Both the position numbers and the translations under genes were made by a program. The notes beneath the pieces are model-generated. The model saw only the letters and a program-made list of their open reading frames with translations. It had not been told where the DNA came from and ran no database searches. Shown piece by piece: positions 48,201-57,203 of a DNA stretch of 64,000 nucleotides. How positions within the stretch are numbered: position 1 is the first letter of the stretch; every line of letters begins with the position of its first letter. Source of the DNA: a virus (taxonomy: Duplodnaviria > Caudoviricetes). The stretch covers positions 570-64,569 of the IMG/VR virus record IMGVR_UViG_3300012036_000007; one strand, given 5' to 3'.

Positions 48201-48633
48201 CGACGACCTCGATGCCGCCGTGTTCGACGCCTACGGATGGCCCCACGATATGGAAGACGAAGAGATCTTACAACGCCTAGTCGATTTGAATCACGAACGA
48301 GCCGAAGAGGAAAGTCGTGGAATCGTTCGGTGGTTGCGTCCGGACTTCCAAAACCCCGACGGTGCGACACAAACCGCCTTTTCTGGCCAAGAGAAAAAGA
48401 TTCCCGCCAAGAAAGCCGCTACGAAGGTCAAGAAGCAACCTTGGCCCGCGACCTTGCCAGAGCGAGTGAAAGTCGTTCGCGATTCACTTCTAGAACTGCG
48501 GACTCCAATATCGTCCGACGACATGGCCAAGCGGTTCACTCGGGCGGCGAAGACCAATGTGAACCAGATACTCGACACGCTAGTCGAATTGGGGCAGGCA
48601 CGACTCACCGATGACTCGCAATATGTCCGGTGA
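45220..48633 (+). CDS. MmeI-like type IIL/IIG fused restriction-modification enzyme
   Basis: GRVDLYK..FVFESK nuclease, GAHYTP, LDPACGSGNF, IVGNPPF, CFETFPFP. Confidence 0.92.
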   Translation: MQAAEFIERWTKSGGAELANSQAFIVELCDLLGVDHPDPTIDSGEDQNTYVFEKAIKFNNGDGTFSDGRVDLYKQGSFVFESKQGVEKKNASADERLATVTRNARQRSGTGKRGSREWEKSMFRARGQAKRYAEALPEWPPFLVVADIGYCFDLYADFSGTGKNYQPFPDPRSYRIEITRLSDENVRGDLRLLFTGPHQLDPSKRSAEVTREIATRLAKLAKSLEAQHDPEVVAGFLMRCLFTMFAEDVDLIKRDGFTELLLSLRTEPDNFVPMVEGLWTAMDCGEFSQFLREKVRRFNGKFFKDKTALPVTLDQLQLLIEAAGDYDWKDVEPAIFGTLLERALDPVERHKLGAHYTPRAYVERLVMPTIIEPLREQWDATYAAATRLDDEGKRKDAVNLLREFHGELCEVRVLDPACGSGNFLYVAMELMKRLEGEVVATLASFGDNVLPGITIDPHQFLGIEINPRAAALAELVLWIGYVQWHKRTRTETTPPEPILRDYGNIECRDAVLDWDRIEPVVDDDGNPVTRWDGRTTKPHPVTGEEVPDEDARVHEQRYINSRKAAWPETDYIVGNPPFIGTSRMRDALGDGYTKVIRSTYSELPESCDYVMYWWHTAAERVRAEQANRFGLITTNSLRQTFNRRVVTPHLQAKNPLSIDFAIPDHPWVDTAMCAAVRIAMTVGVPGESAGVLNRVASEEERGEEAAAIEFKTSSGIIQADLRIGADVGSAITLQANEDLSNRGYCLFGQGFVLEAKIAADLIAKGCGATIHPYLNGRDVTQQARGVFVIDVCELKSEDVRQRFPAVYQHLLDFVKPERDQNNRKSRRDNWWVYGEPNPKLRKQLVGLHRYIATAETSKHRFFVLLDDAIHPDNALIAFAVDDVSIHGVLSSKIHVCWALAAGGRLGVGNDPRYNKTRCFETFPFPITDAASKKRIGDLAEQLDAHRKRQQDQHATLTMTGMYNVLEKLRSGETLTAKDQTIHQQGLVSVLKQIHDDLDAAVFDAYGWPHDMEDEEILQRLVDLNHERAEEESRGIVRWLRPDFQNPDGATQTAFSGQEKKIPAKKAATKVKKQPWPATLPERVKVVRDSLLELRTPISSDDMAKRFTRAAKTNVNQILDTLVELGQARLTDDSQYVR

Positions 48634-49218
48634 TGGATGGCAACTTGTAGACGAAAGAACTGTTTGCCATGCATGCTGTGCAGTGGATACGGCTGCGACC
48701 TTGCGGCTCCTATATCGCCGGTCAAGAATGCCAGATTGTCACGACAACCCCTAGATAGGATGATCACCCATGCCACGCTCAGTGAGATTCATGAAGTTGC
48801 GATACAGATTCTTTCGACGGCTGACGGGCGCTGAATACCCGGCTTTGAGGGCAGACGAGATAGCAGAGCGATGTTATCACCTAGCGCGTGATGGCAAATC
48901 CCCCACCATTGCCAGCATTAAAGGCGGCAATTCGTAGCCAAAAGCCGGAAGGAGGCAGAAACCGGAGCAGATCAATTAGCTACCTAGCATTCTGCAAAAG
49001 TACCGTTCTATGCCGGGTTGACCTGATTTGTCCACGGCAATTCCAGGCTGATGTAGCTTGGCGATTCCATTCTGTCGCGACTTACTCTCAAACCAGAGCC
49101 GGCACGTTAGACCTAATCATCATCTTCGAGAATGCCGATAGAGATTGAAAAGAGAAGCCATTTTCTATTTCGATAGTGTCAAAATGCGCAATCGTCTCGC
49201 AAAGGAAGAAAGCAAGCT

Positions 49219-50052
49219 ATGATCGCGAAAACTAGAAATCGGCGGCAATCTGCGCCAATCAAGTGGCATGGCGGCAAGACCTACCTAGCTGCTGGCATTA
49301 TCGAAATGATGCCGGAACACATTCATTACGTTGAGCCATTCTTTGGCGGTGGTGCTGTTTTTTTCCGCAAGACGAACGAATTGATTGAAGGGCATTCGGA
49401 AGTGATCAACGATGTCTACTCCGAACTGATCAATTTTTGGCAAGTGCTAAAGTGTCGAACGAGCTTCAGTGAATTTCAGCGGCAGGCATTACAAACACCA
49501 TTTGCCAAGCCAGTTTGGGATCTGGCGATGACCGAATCGTCAACCGATCCAATCGCCAAAGCTCTTGCGTTCTTTGTTCGATATCGACAGTCTAGGCAGG
49601 GCCTTGGAAAAGACTTTGCAACAATGTCTCGAAAACGGACGCGACGCGGCATGAATGAGCAGGTGTCATCTTGGCTATCGGCCGTAGATGGCCTGCCCGA
49701 GGCACACGCAAGGCTTCAACGTGTTGTCATCTACTGTGATGACGCATACAAATTGATCAGACGAGAGGACGACGCCCAAACTCTATTCTATTGTGACCCG
49801 CCTTACATTTCCCAAACTCGCGTTGTGAGCGATGCTTACCTCTTCGAAATGACGGACGAGCAACATTGCGAGTTGCTGACGACGTTGGGCGAGATTCGCG
49901 GGAAGATGCTTCTGAGCGGTTATCGTCACCCCGTATATGACGCAGCAGCAGAACGGTATGGCTGGCGACGAACGGATACCAAAATCGACAACAAGGCGAG
50001 TTCGTCGAAAACTAAGCCAATCAAAATTGAATCAGTCTGGTCGAATTTCTAA
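49219..50052 (+). CDS. Dam-family (D12) DNA adenine methyltransferase
   Basis: KWHGGK, YVEPFFGGGAV, EVIND, FYCDPPY, LSGY. Confidence 0.92.
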   Translation: MIAKTRNRRQSAPIKWHGGKTYLAAGIIEMMPEHIHYVEPFFGGGAVFFRKTNELIEGHSEVINDVYSELINFWQVLKCRTSFSEFQRQALQTPFAKPVWDLAMTESSTDPIAKALAFFVRYRQSRQGLGKDFATMSRKRTRRGMNEQVSSWLSAVDGLPEAHARLQRVVIYCDDAYKLIRREDDAQTLFYCDPPYISQTRVVSDAYLFEMTDEQHCELLTTLGEIRGKMLLSGYRHPVYDAAAERYGWRRTDTKIDNKASSSKTKPIKIESVWSNF

Positions 50053-50793
50053 TCATACGGCTCCTGCCGCCTTACGAACGTTCATCAACGTTGACAAAAT
50101 CAATTCATCGCTTAAAGCTTGGCAGCCAGTTCTATTTCTGACCTGCGCACAGAGTGCCATTGCTTCACGAGGATGACAGACGATTTCATCGATCGTCACA
50201 CTCTTGTACATATCTGCGTGACAATCGCAGGTAAGTTCTTTGAACCGAGATGGATCGATATCACATTCGACGTTCTCAATCTCTTTCTTTAGATTGCGGC
50301 GTCTTCCGGTCGATCGCAAACCAGTCGGACAACCCTTCTGTCTGCGAATATTCATAAGAGTCTTCAGAACGATGACTTCGTGCAGCGCTTCGGACCCTAC
50401 GCCATCACGAACGTATTCAAAGTAACTCAATGCCATTGCTGGATCGCAAACCAGTGTATCAATGGTCATTCCAGGGCAATGAACCAGCATCGCGTCGATC
50501 AAACGCTCGCGGAATTCATCTGGCGAATCGGTGCATCCACAAGCTGCAAGTTCATTCTTTAGTAACATTCTCTTCTTCCTTTTTGGGTTTGGCTTACCGA
50601 AGTCAATTGAGTCAAACAGTCTGTAATAGTCGATTAAGAGCTGTGCTGAACTGAGTCGCAAATCAGCGTATGTCCCGTCCCGCTTTCCGACAACAAACTC
50701 CTGCAATGTAGCCTGTGGCACTCCGCTTCCGCGGGCGACAGCAGAGATTGAATCATCTTCCAAGATGTATCGTCGGAGAATTTCAGCAAGCAT
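50053..50793 (-). CDS. HTH + tandemly duplicated unknown domain
   Basis: ISAVARGSGVPQATL; two copies of P..F.E...TID..VC.P..A......VR...G..AL......TLMN.R. Confidence 0.75.
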   Translation of the reverse strand: MLAEILRRYILEDDSISAVARGSGVPQATLQEFVVGKRDGTYADLRLSSAQLLIDYYRLFDSIDFGKPNPKRKKRMLLKNELAACGCTDSPDEFRERLIDAMLVHCPGMTIDTLVCDPAMALSYFEYVRDGVGSEALHEVIVLKTLMNIRRQKGCPTGLRSTGRRRNLKKEIENVECDIDPSRFKELTCDCHADMYKSVTIDEIVCHPREAMALCAQVRNRTGCQALSDELILSTLMNVRKAAGAV

Positions 50794-51052
50794 CGATTAC
50801 CTCAAGAACGTCTGATTTGAGGAATTGAGTTCTATCGGAAAACCGATAATGCTCAAGAGACGGTCTGAGGAAATATTGCGAGTCTGCTGCTTTTATTTCG
50901 GATCAAGAGTTCTGAAGTAGTGAGAGCAGATAGCTTTTGGGGGTAGTCTCAATGATTCTTTCGGGCGATCCAAGCGTTCCATCGCAAGGCTGACAACCAA
51001 TTTGCAGCGGCATTCAATGACGTCAACTTGCTGGCCCGACTAGAAACCTCGC

Positions 51053-51079
51053 GCAATCCCGGCCCTGCCCGTGCGTCTA
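51053..51079 (+). promoter_or_regulatory. ECF-type promoter (probably a leaderless mRNA)
   Basis: GCAATC ccggccctgcccgt GCGTCTA, then 7 nt to ATG 51087. Confidence 0.75.
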
Positions 51080-51086
51080 GCTCTGT

Positions 51087-51749
51087 ATGGGCAATCAAGA
51101 CATAGACACCGAATCATTCGCAACCATGCTGCTCGACACCAACTACCCATGGTGTTGGCAATGTGGGCGAATGCCACCGGGTGACCGACCTACGCAATGG
51201 AATGCCCCTTGGCTGCTCCACCGTGCTCACTTGGTCAACAAGCCCCGCGTAGAAGACAGACGGGTTTGCGTCCTGCTCTGCCCAAAGTGCCACACCCAAT
51301 TCGATAGCGGTTGCGGGCTTTCACTGGCGGAGATGCTGTGGATAAAACGCAAGTTTGACCCCGCATATTACGACCGGCCATTCATGCAGAAATTTGCCAC
51401 GAAGAAGTTGCCTGCGATACGTCAGCCCAATGGGTGGATATACAACGCACGGCGGGGGCAGCCCAAGCGGATTCTGACCCTTCGAATGAAGGGCAAGTAC
51501 TGGGATCAGATCAAAGACGGGACCAAGACTACCGAGCTGCGATTGAGAACCGACTATTGGCGGAAGCGATTGATTGGTCGCGAATACGATGAAATCCACC
51601 TGTGGCGAGGTTATCCGCCCAAGTCGGACACGTCCAAGTTGTTGGTGCGAAAGTGGCGGCTGGTCAGTGTGGCCACCGTCTTGCATGAGGAATTTGGACC
51701 CGAACCAGTTGATGTGTTTTGCATCGATGTTGCGATGGCTCTTAGGTGA
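51087..51749 (+). CDS. HNH-like zinc-finger domain fused to an ASCH domain
   Basis: CWQCG...HRAHL...LLCPKCH; LTL..KGKYWDQIKDGTKTTELR...YWRKRL...GYP. Confidence 0.7.
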   Translation: MGNQDIDTESFATMLLDTNYPWCWQCGRMPPGDRPTQWNAPWLLHRAHLVNKPRVEDRRVCVLLCPKCHTQFDSGCGLSLAEMLWIKRKFDPAYYDRPFMQKFATKKLPAIRQPNGWIYNARRGQPKRILTLRMKGKYWDQIKDGTKTTELRLRTDYWRKRLIGREYDEIHLWRGYPPKSDTSKLLVRKWRLVSVATVLHEEFGPEPVDVFCIDVAMALR

Positions 51750-51758
51750 AGGTGGTCA

Positions 51759-52073
51759 ATGAGTTCCCCGAAAAGAATCCAACGAAAACGAATCAAGGGT
51801 TGGCGAATGCCTCCCAATACTTCGTGTGTGACAAGACCGGGCAAATGGGGCAACCCTTTTGATACCGGCAAGCAGTTTCGCGAGATCCTCGCGCCTTTGA
51901 TCGAAGGGGATCTAGCCATCAGATGCAGTGCGGTAAATCACCGGCACATGCTGCGGATTGCCCAAGAGATCAGGGAGCTACGTGGCTTCAATCTAGCGTG
52001 CTGGTGTCCAGTTGTTTCTTGCTGCCATGCAGACGTACTTTTGGAATACGCCAATAGAAGGATGCAGAAATGA
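51759..52073 (+). CDS. DUF4326-family protein
   Basis: RIQRKR.KGWRMP...VTRPGKWGNPF...LRG.NLACWC...CHADVL. Confidence 0.88.
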   Translation: MSSPKRIQRKRIKGWRMPPNTSCVTRPGKWGNPFDTGKQFREILAPLIEGDLAIRCSAVNHRHMLRIAQEIRELRGFNLACWCPVVSCCHADVLLEYANRRMQK

Positions 52074-52462
52074 GCAAGTCACCGAACGTGGATCTCAATA
52101 AGCGAGTGCCGGCCTACCGGGTTCAAGACGCGGACGGCAGGGGCCCGTGGAAGCCGGGATTCTCTAAAGTGTGGGTCCAGGACCGGACCGATGACGAGTT
52201 TGCCGCATTGGCCCCGATTGCTGAGCAGTTCCCTGATCTGGTATTCCCGTCCGGGTATCACTTTGGATGCGGCTGCGAGACCGTAGATCAGCTCAAGCTG
52301 TGGTTCAATGTCGAAGAATTTAGAATCCTTCGCAGTCACGGTTATCACGCCGTATCGCTGAAGGTGGATCGGATGATCGCGCGATCAGATGTGCAGTGCG
52401 TATTCGGGCGACGGCTTGCTCTGAATCGCAAGGTCAGGAAGTTCGCGTTATACGGTAGGTGA
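52070..52462 (+). CDS. Hypothetical phage protein
   Basis: YRVQDADGRGPW...QLKLWF...E...L...GY. Confidence 0.7.
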   Translation: MSKSPNVDLNKRVPAYRVQDADGRGPWKPGFSKVWVQDRTDDEFAALAPIAEQFPDLVFPSGYHFGCGCETVDQLKLWFNVEEFRILRSHGYHAVSLKVDRMIARSDVQCVFGRRLALNRKVRKFALYGR

Positions 52463-52468
52463 AGTGGA

Positions 52469-52740
52469 GTCAAATCACTAGATGCGTCTAGGGATTTGAC
52501 AGCGAGATCAAAACGCCCGCGTAGGGGCATCAACCCTGCGACGGGATCGAAAGAGCCGGCATCGCACATTTGATGACTTCCGCACCATACCAACTACTCG
52601 CTAGCTCGGGCGTAGGCATGGTGCTACAGCAGTATTTATGGCGGCGGCGGGCACTCATCGACTTCGCAAGCTTCAGATCGATCAGTGCCCGCCGCCTCGG
52701 CTTTGATAGCCCCCGATATTGATCTTCGGAATCGGGCCAT
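52469..52740. ncRNA. Candidate multi-hairpin structured RNA
   Basis: Consecutive stems 52469-52500, 52516-52545, 52582-52624 and a perfect 13-bp stem 52643-52655/52684-52696. Confidence 0.45.
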
Positions 52741-52753
52741 CAATCATCTTCCC

Positions 52754-53419
52754 ATGGACGTGCCAGACCGCGAAGAACTCGAAAACCAAATTGCTGCCAT
52801 CATCATTCTATTGTGGATGGACTTCTCGCAGACTCGTTATCAATCGCGACAAGCAGCATGGCAGCGGTTCAACACGCTGTTCAATGAACGGGCCAAGCCC
52901 GTGGTCTCTCGCATCTACGGCAATGCCAGGGTCGATCTAGGTCAGTCTTTCGGGGTGAACTACCAGACACCGATCAACTCCAGTGCTTCCGGTGTCGGAA
53001 CAGTCGATGCAACTGCACCGCCGATCTCGCTACGCGGGTTAGGTGCTCGAATGACTGAACTTGCTAGACGGGTCTTTGACTCGTTTTGGGCCCGCATCGA
53101 ACCGTGGATTCGCGGTGAGGAAGACAAGCCCGAATTCAAGGACTACGAAGCGGATCGGACTGCAACAGATGTGGTCACCCGATCTCACACCGAAGGGGAG
53201 ATGGACGGAGCTGGCGATGTGAATGACCAAACGGGCAAGCAAATCGTAGCGGTGTGGTTCACAGAACCCGGTGCTTGCCCAGTCTGTAGCCCACTGCATG
53301 GGACCGTCCAATTGTGGCGCAGACGGTTTCCGGAGGGGCCACCCGCACCGCACCCGAACTGTAGATGCTATCTCGAATGGCGAGAAATGAGCGCCGGTGA
53401 GATCGGAACAGCCGGTTAG
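52754..53419 (+). CDS. Minor head protein (MuF/SPP1 gp7-like)
   Basis: W....ACPVCSPLHG...PPAPHPNCRC; start uncertain (GTG 52685 lies inside an RNA stem). Confidence 0.8.
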   Translation: MDVPDREELENQIAAIIILLWMDFSQTRYQSRQAAWQRFNTLFNERAKPVVSRIYGNARVDLGQSFGVNYQTPINSSASGVGTVDATAPPISLRGLGARMTELARRVFDSFWARIEPWIRGEEDKPEFKDYEADRTATDVVTRSHTEGEMDGAGDVNDQTGKQIVAVWFTEPGACPVCSPLHGTVQLWRRRFPEGPPAPHPNCRCYLEWREMSAGEIGTAG

Positions 53420-53511
53420 TTGGTTGGTCGCCTTGTGTTGAGGTTGGTAATCGCTCGTCCGACACTTGCCGCCATTAAGTTCAACCAACTTTCTGGAGGC
53501 AAATCGTCCAC

Positions 53512-53697
53512 ATGGGTAACCGAACGGGTCGCAAGACCATCGCATCGACCGAAACCAAAGCTGCGGTGCTGAAGGTCCACAAAGGTAATCCCGATCTGAC
53601 GGCACCTCAAATCGCCGAGAAGTTCATCGGGGTCAGTGCTCGCCAAGTTCGATACTGGATCGGACAAGCTAAATCCAAGGAGCGAGCCAATGCCTAA
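53512..53697 (+). CDS. Small HTH protein
   Basis: LTAPQIAEKFIGVSARQVRYW; GGAGG RBS. Confidence 0.65.
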   Translation: MGNRTGRKTIASTETKAAVLKVHKGNPDLTAPQIAEKFIGVSARQVRYWIGQAKSKERANA

Positions 53698-55123
53698 TTC
53701 TACGGGCATTATCGTGGATGACTTTGGCACCGATCCGATGATCGATGATGCCAACATGTCCATCCGATTCCGAATCTGCACCTCGGACTTGGACCGCGAA
53801 GGCGACATCATCGAACCGTCTGGGGTCGATTGGTCGGACTACGCCAACAATCCAACGGTCCTGTTCAATCACGGCTTTGGCGATATCAGCCTGCCTGTGG
53901 GTAAGAGCATCGACAAAGACGGTGTGCTGCATCTGTCATACGACCCGGAAGAGGACGCGATCTACTCGCGGACATTCTTCGACGAGCGATTCGAGTTGAG
54001 TCGTCAGACTTTCTTCCTCGTCAAAGAGGGATTCATGCGGGCCGCTTCGATCCACGTCATGCCGTTGATGGGAATGATGCGAGAGTTGCAGCATGGTGGA
54101 AGTCACGTCTATGGCTCATCGATGCTTGAGTATTCGATATGCACGGTGGGCGCGAACCAGAACGCTTTTGCCAAGACAAATCCAAAAGGAGAGCGATTTT
54201 CGGAGTTGATGGCGTTGCAGTTGGAAAGCGCAGACCGAATTTTGGATACCCACAAGCTTGGAGGTGATCCGATCAACGCATCGCTGGCCAAGTGCTTGCA
54301 GGCATTCCGCCCCAAGTCCAAGGCAACTAGCCCTGGGGTCACTTACGTTGATGAGGATGAGATGGATAAGAAAACATTGAGCAAGGCGGAGGTCGACAAA
54401 CTCGAGACTCTAGCTTTGGCAAAAGCCTTGGGTGATCGCGTTCAATACGATGACTCAACTCAAAAGCTTTTGACCGCACGGGCCAAGTCTCTTGATGGTC
54501 TTCCGAAGATGGAAGATGACGACGAGACGATGACGAAGATGAGCGACGACGAGATCGAACCCAAGGAAATGGGTAGCGAGAACGTCGATGAACCGCAGGC
54601 GGAGCCGACTTCGGATCTTCCGCCCGGTGCTCAATATCTTGCAGCTCTCCATGCCGACGCTGCCGACTTCCTCAGCAAGTTGGAAGCTGTCAGCAAGTAC
54701 ACCGAAGAGCCAAAGGTCAAGGAATTGGCTGGCGAATTGGCTTCGACCGTCCAAGAGACGGTTGCGGCTATTGAGGGTGGTTCGGCCACGATCTACGCCG
54801 ATGCACCTTCGCTTGTCGGTGAGGCTGTCGAAGAATCTGCCGAGATGATGAAGTCATGGCTGGCAGATAAAGGAGCAACCGGCAGCTACCAGTTGACCGG
54901 CCTTGCACGTCGACTCGACATCGTTCTTGCCAATCCGTCTTCGCCCAAGGCAAAGACGATGGTCGAAAACACTCGACGCGATTTGTTGGCCCTTGAAATG
55001 GCGGCCCGCAACTACAAACCCAAGTCGGTCACCAACCCTGAGACTGAGGCCAAGATTGCTTCACTCACTAAGATGGTCACCCAACTTCAAGAAGCAATTC
55101 AGACGCAACCTGCCGCGCTTTAA
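53690..55123 (+). CDS. Prohead protease with scaffold-like C-terminal region
   Basis: DREGDII, NPTVLFNH...PVGK, AASI, LEYSICTVGAN. Confidence 0.88.
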   Translation: MPNSTGIIVDDFGTDPMIDDANMSIRFRICTSDLDREGDIIEPSGVDWSDYANNPTVLFNHGFGDISLPVGKSIDKDGVLHLSYDPEEDAIYSRTFFDERFELSRQTFFLVKEGFMRAASIHVMPLMGMMRELQHGGSHVYGSSMLEYSICTVGANQNAFAKTNPKGERFSELMALQLESADRILDTHKLGGDPINASLAKCLQAFRPKSKATSPGVTYVDEDEMDKKTLSKAEVDKLETLALAKALGDRVQYDDSTQKLLTARAKSLDGLPKMEDDDETMTKMSDDEIEPKEMGSENVDEPQAEPTSDLPPGAQYLAALHADAADFLSKLEAVSKYTEEPKVKELAGELASTVQETVAAIEGGSATIYADAPSLVGEAVEESAEMMKSWLADKGATGSYQLTGLARRLDIVLANPSSPKAKTMVENTRRDLLALEMAARNYKPKSVTNPETEAKIASLTKMVTQLQEAIQTQPAAL

Positions 55124-55181
55124 AGCGGGGACGGAATTTCCCTTTTCGTAATCCGGCTAACAGAGTTTAGGAGTAAACCAC

Positions 55182-56447
55182 ATGAGCGCGGAACTAAAAG
55201 ACCTTGAAAAGAAGGTCGAAGCATTAACGAATTCGTTATCGAAGAATCATAACTCGATCGATTCGTTCCGATTCAACGGTGAAAACCAAGCGACGTCGTT
55301 CTTTGAGGACACGCCCGCAAAGTCCGGCCCTTCGCGATACGGGACTCCGTTTCGTCGTAGTAGCCGCCCGATGCTGCCTAAGAAGTACGAAGCAGGTCAA
55401 CTTGGCGATTACGGATCGTTTCTCCGCACGTTGATGCGGGAAGGCGATAAGTTCAAGGCCTCGCACACGAAAGCATTTGAATCGCTTTCGCTGGCCAAGG
55501 CTGGTTCGATCAACACGACTCAGTTTGATGAGGGCGGTGCTCTTGTCCTGCCTGAGTATGCCGACGCCATTGAGGCCATGATCTACCAAGAGGAGTCGCT
55601 TTGGGGTCGAACCCGAAGCAATACCGTTGGTGGGAACTCGATGAAGTTCACGATCCTTCGCAATGTCGATCAGGCCGATGGCGTCCGACATGGTGGAGCA
55701 CTCGGGTACTGGACGGGTGAAGGCGATCCGATTCAGACTTCGAATCTGAAGTTTGATGAACTCGACGTCTCACTCCAAAAGCTTGGCGTGGCCGTGTTCT
55801 TGACCGAAGAGCAGATCGATGACAGCGGATATGACATCGTTGGTTTCACCAATGAAGTCGTGCAAGCTGAATTCGATTACCAGCTCGATCGGGCATTGAT
55901 TCGCGGTGATGCGGTCAAGAAACCAATGGGGCTGCTCAAAAGTTCGCACCGTGTCACGATCGATAAAGAAAGCGGTCAGTCCGCGGCATTGGTGGCTGAA
56001 AACGTCATCAACATGCTTTCCCGTCGTTGTTCGTCCTCACCGGGTGACAACTGGATCATCCTGTACAACCAGGATCTCGAGCCGTTCCTGACTTCGATGT
56101 TCTTGCCGACCGGGCCGAATTCGGGCGAGTTGGTTTACATGCCAGCCGGTGGATTGGCTGGCAACAAGTACGCCACACTCGGTGGCTATCCTTGCATGGC
56201 CAGCGAGCATTGCAGCACGGCTGGCAAAGAGGGTGACATCATTTTCTGGAACGCCAAGGATTACGTGTCGATCAACAAGGGTGGCATCAACACCTACGCT
56301 TCGCCACACGTCAAATTCCTGGAAGACATGAACTGCTTGAAGTTCACGTTCCGAGTCAATGGTCGTCCGATGTATGACGAGCCGATCAAGATGGAGCAAA
56401 GTGCCAAGCTTCGCTCATCGATCATCACTGTCGAAGACCGCATCTAG
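55182..56447 (+). CDS. Major capsid protein (HK97 fold)
   Basis: GGALVLPEY, WTGEG, KL.V...TEE.IDDS, ALIRGD...PMGLL, TLGGYP, FRVNGRP. Confidence 0.92.
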   Translation: MSAELKDLEKKVEALTNSLSKNHNSIDSFRFNGENQATSFFEDTPAKSGPSRYGTPFRRSSRPMLPKKYEAGQLGDYGSFLRTLMREGDKFKASHTKAFESLSLAKAGSINTTQFDEGGALVLPEYADAIEAMIYQEESLWGRTRSNTVGGNSMKFTILRNVDQADGVRHGGALGYWTGEGDPIQTSNLKFDELDVSLQKLGVAVFLTEEQIDDSGYDIVGFTNEVVQAEFDYQLDRALIRGDAVKKPMGLLKSSHRVTIDKESGQSAALVAENVINMLSRRCSSSPGDNWIILYNQDLEPFLTSMFLPTGPNSGELVYMPAGGLAGNKYATLGGYPCMASEHCSTAGKEGDIIFWNAKDYVSINKGGINTYASPHVKFLEDMNCLKFTFRVNGRPMYDEPIKMEQSAKLRSSIITVEDRI

Positions 56448-56495
56448 TCTCTAGGTGTTTACCAAAACGATTTTTAGTTACTGGAGATTTTAGAA

Positions 56496-57020
56496 ATGGG
56501 TGCAAGTGATAATGGCTCGATTGCCCAGCTGTCCGACTTTGTGGTCGGAATTGGAGCAGGCGCGGGAGCAACGCGAACTTCTCAGGAGTTCAATTTCATT
56601 GGCAATGAGGGTCTAAACGCCATCGTTGTCACAGACGCTAGTGGTGCAGCTGCTACCGCGACCACGATCACTCTTGAGCAATGCCAAGACGCTGCAGGTA
56701 CAGGTGCGAAGGCTTTGCAGATCAAGAGTGTTGAGAGCAAGATCGCTGCTGACGGCGCGTTCAGTCCAGCGACTGATATTTGGGCGGATGCTACGGCGAT
56801 AAGCCGTGAAACACCGGCGAATGACTTTGTGATCGCCGATACGGATCAAGCTGCGGTGGTGAATATCTTTGTCCTGCCTCAGGACTTGGATGTCGCAAAC
56901 GGTTTCTCTCACGTTCGGGTCAAGTTGGTATCTGCTTCAACAGCGGTTGTATCGCAAGTGTTCTTCGTGCCGACTGGGCGTCAATATAAGGGCGTCAAAG
57001 CCAATAGTTCTTTGGCGTAA
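56496..57020 (+). CDS. Putative capsid decoration protein
   Basis: Beta-rich protein directly after the MCP; LDVANGFSHVR motif. Confidence 0.55.
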   Translation: MGASDNGSIAQLSDFVVGIGAGAGATRTSQEFNFIGNEGLNAIVVTDASGAAATATTITLEQCQDAAGTGAKALQIKSVESKIAADGAFSPATDIWADATAISRETPANDFVIADTDQAAVVNIFVLPQDLDVANGFSHVRVKLVSASTAVVSQVFFVPTGRQYKGVKANSSLA

Positions 57021-57065
57021 TCAATACGATCCTCGAGAGTTTTTTGCCTTTCGCTCGATGATCTA

Positions 57066-57100
57066 GAAGCCGCCTGGGATGATTCTCAGGCGGCTTTTTT
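57066..57100 (+). terminator. Rho-independent terminator after the capsid operon
   Basis: AAGCCGCCTGGG-atgatt-CTCAGGCGGCTTTTTT. Confidence 0.88.
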
Positions 57101-57203
57101 CATGCGCCAAGCGTTGGGGTTGGCGTTGGCTAATCGCAGTATGTGGGGGCTCGAAAGGCAGTTAAACCTAAGCCAGTCATTCACAAAACAGAAGGTCCGT
57201 TGT

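Noticed and set aside
52545-52582. GAAA...TGATGA resembling a hammerhead ribozyme core
   Set aside because: CUGAUGA is imperfect and stem II cannot form
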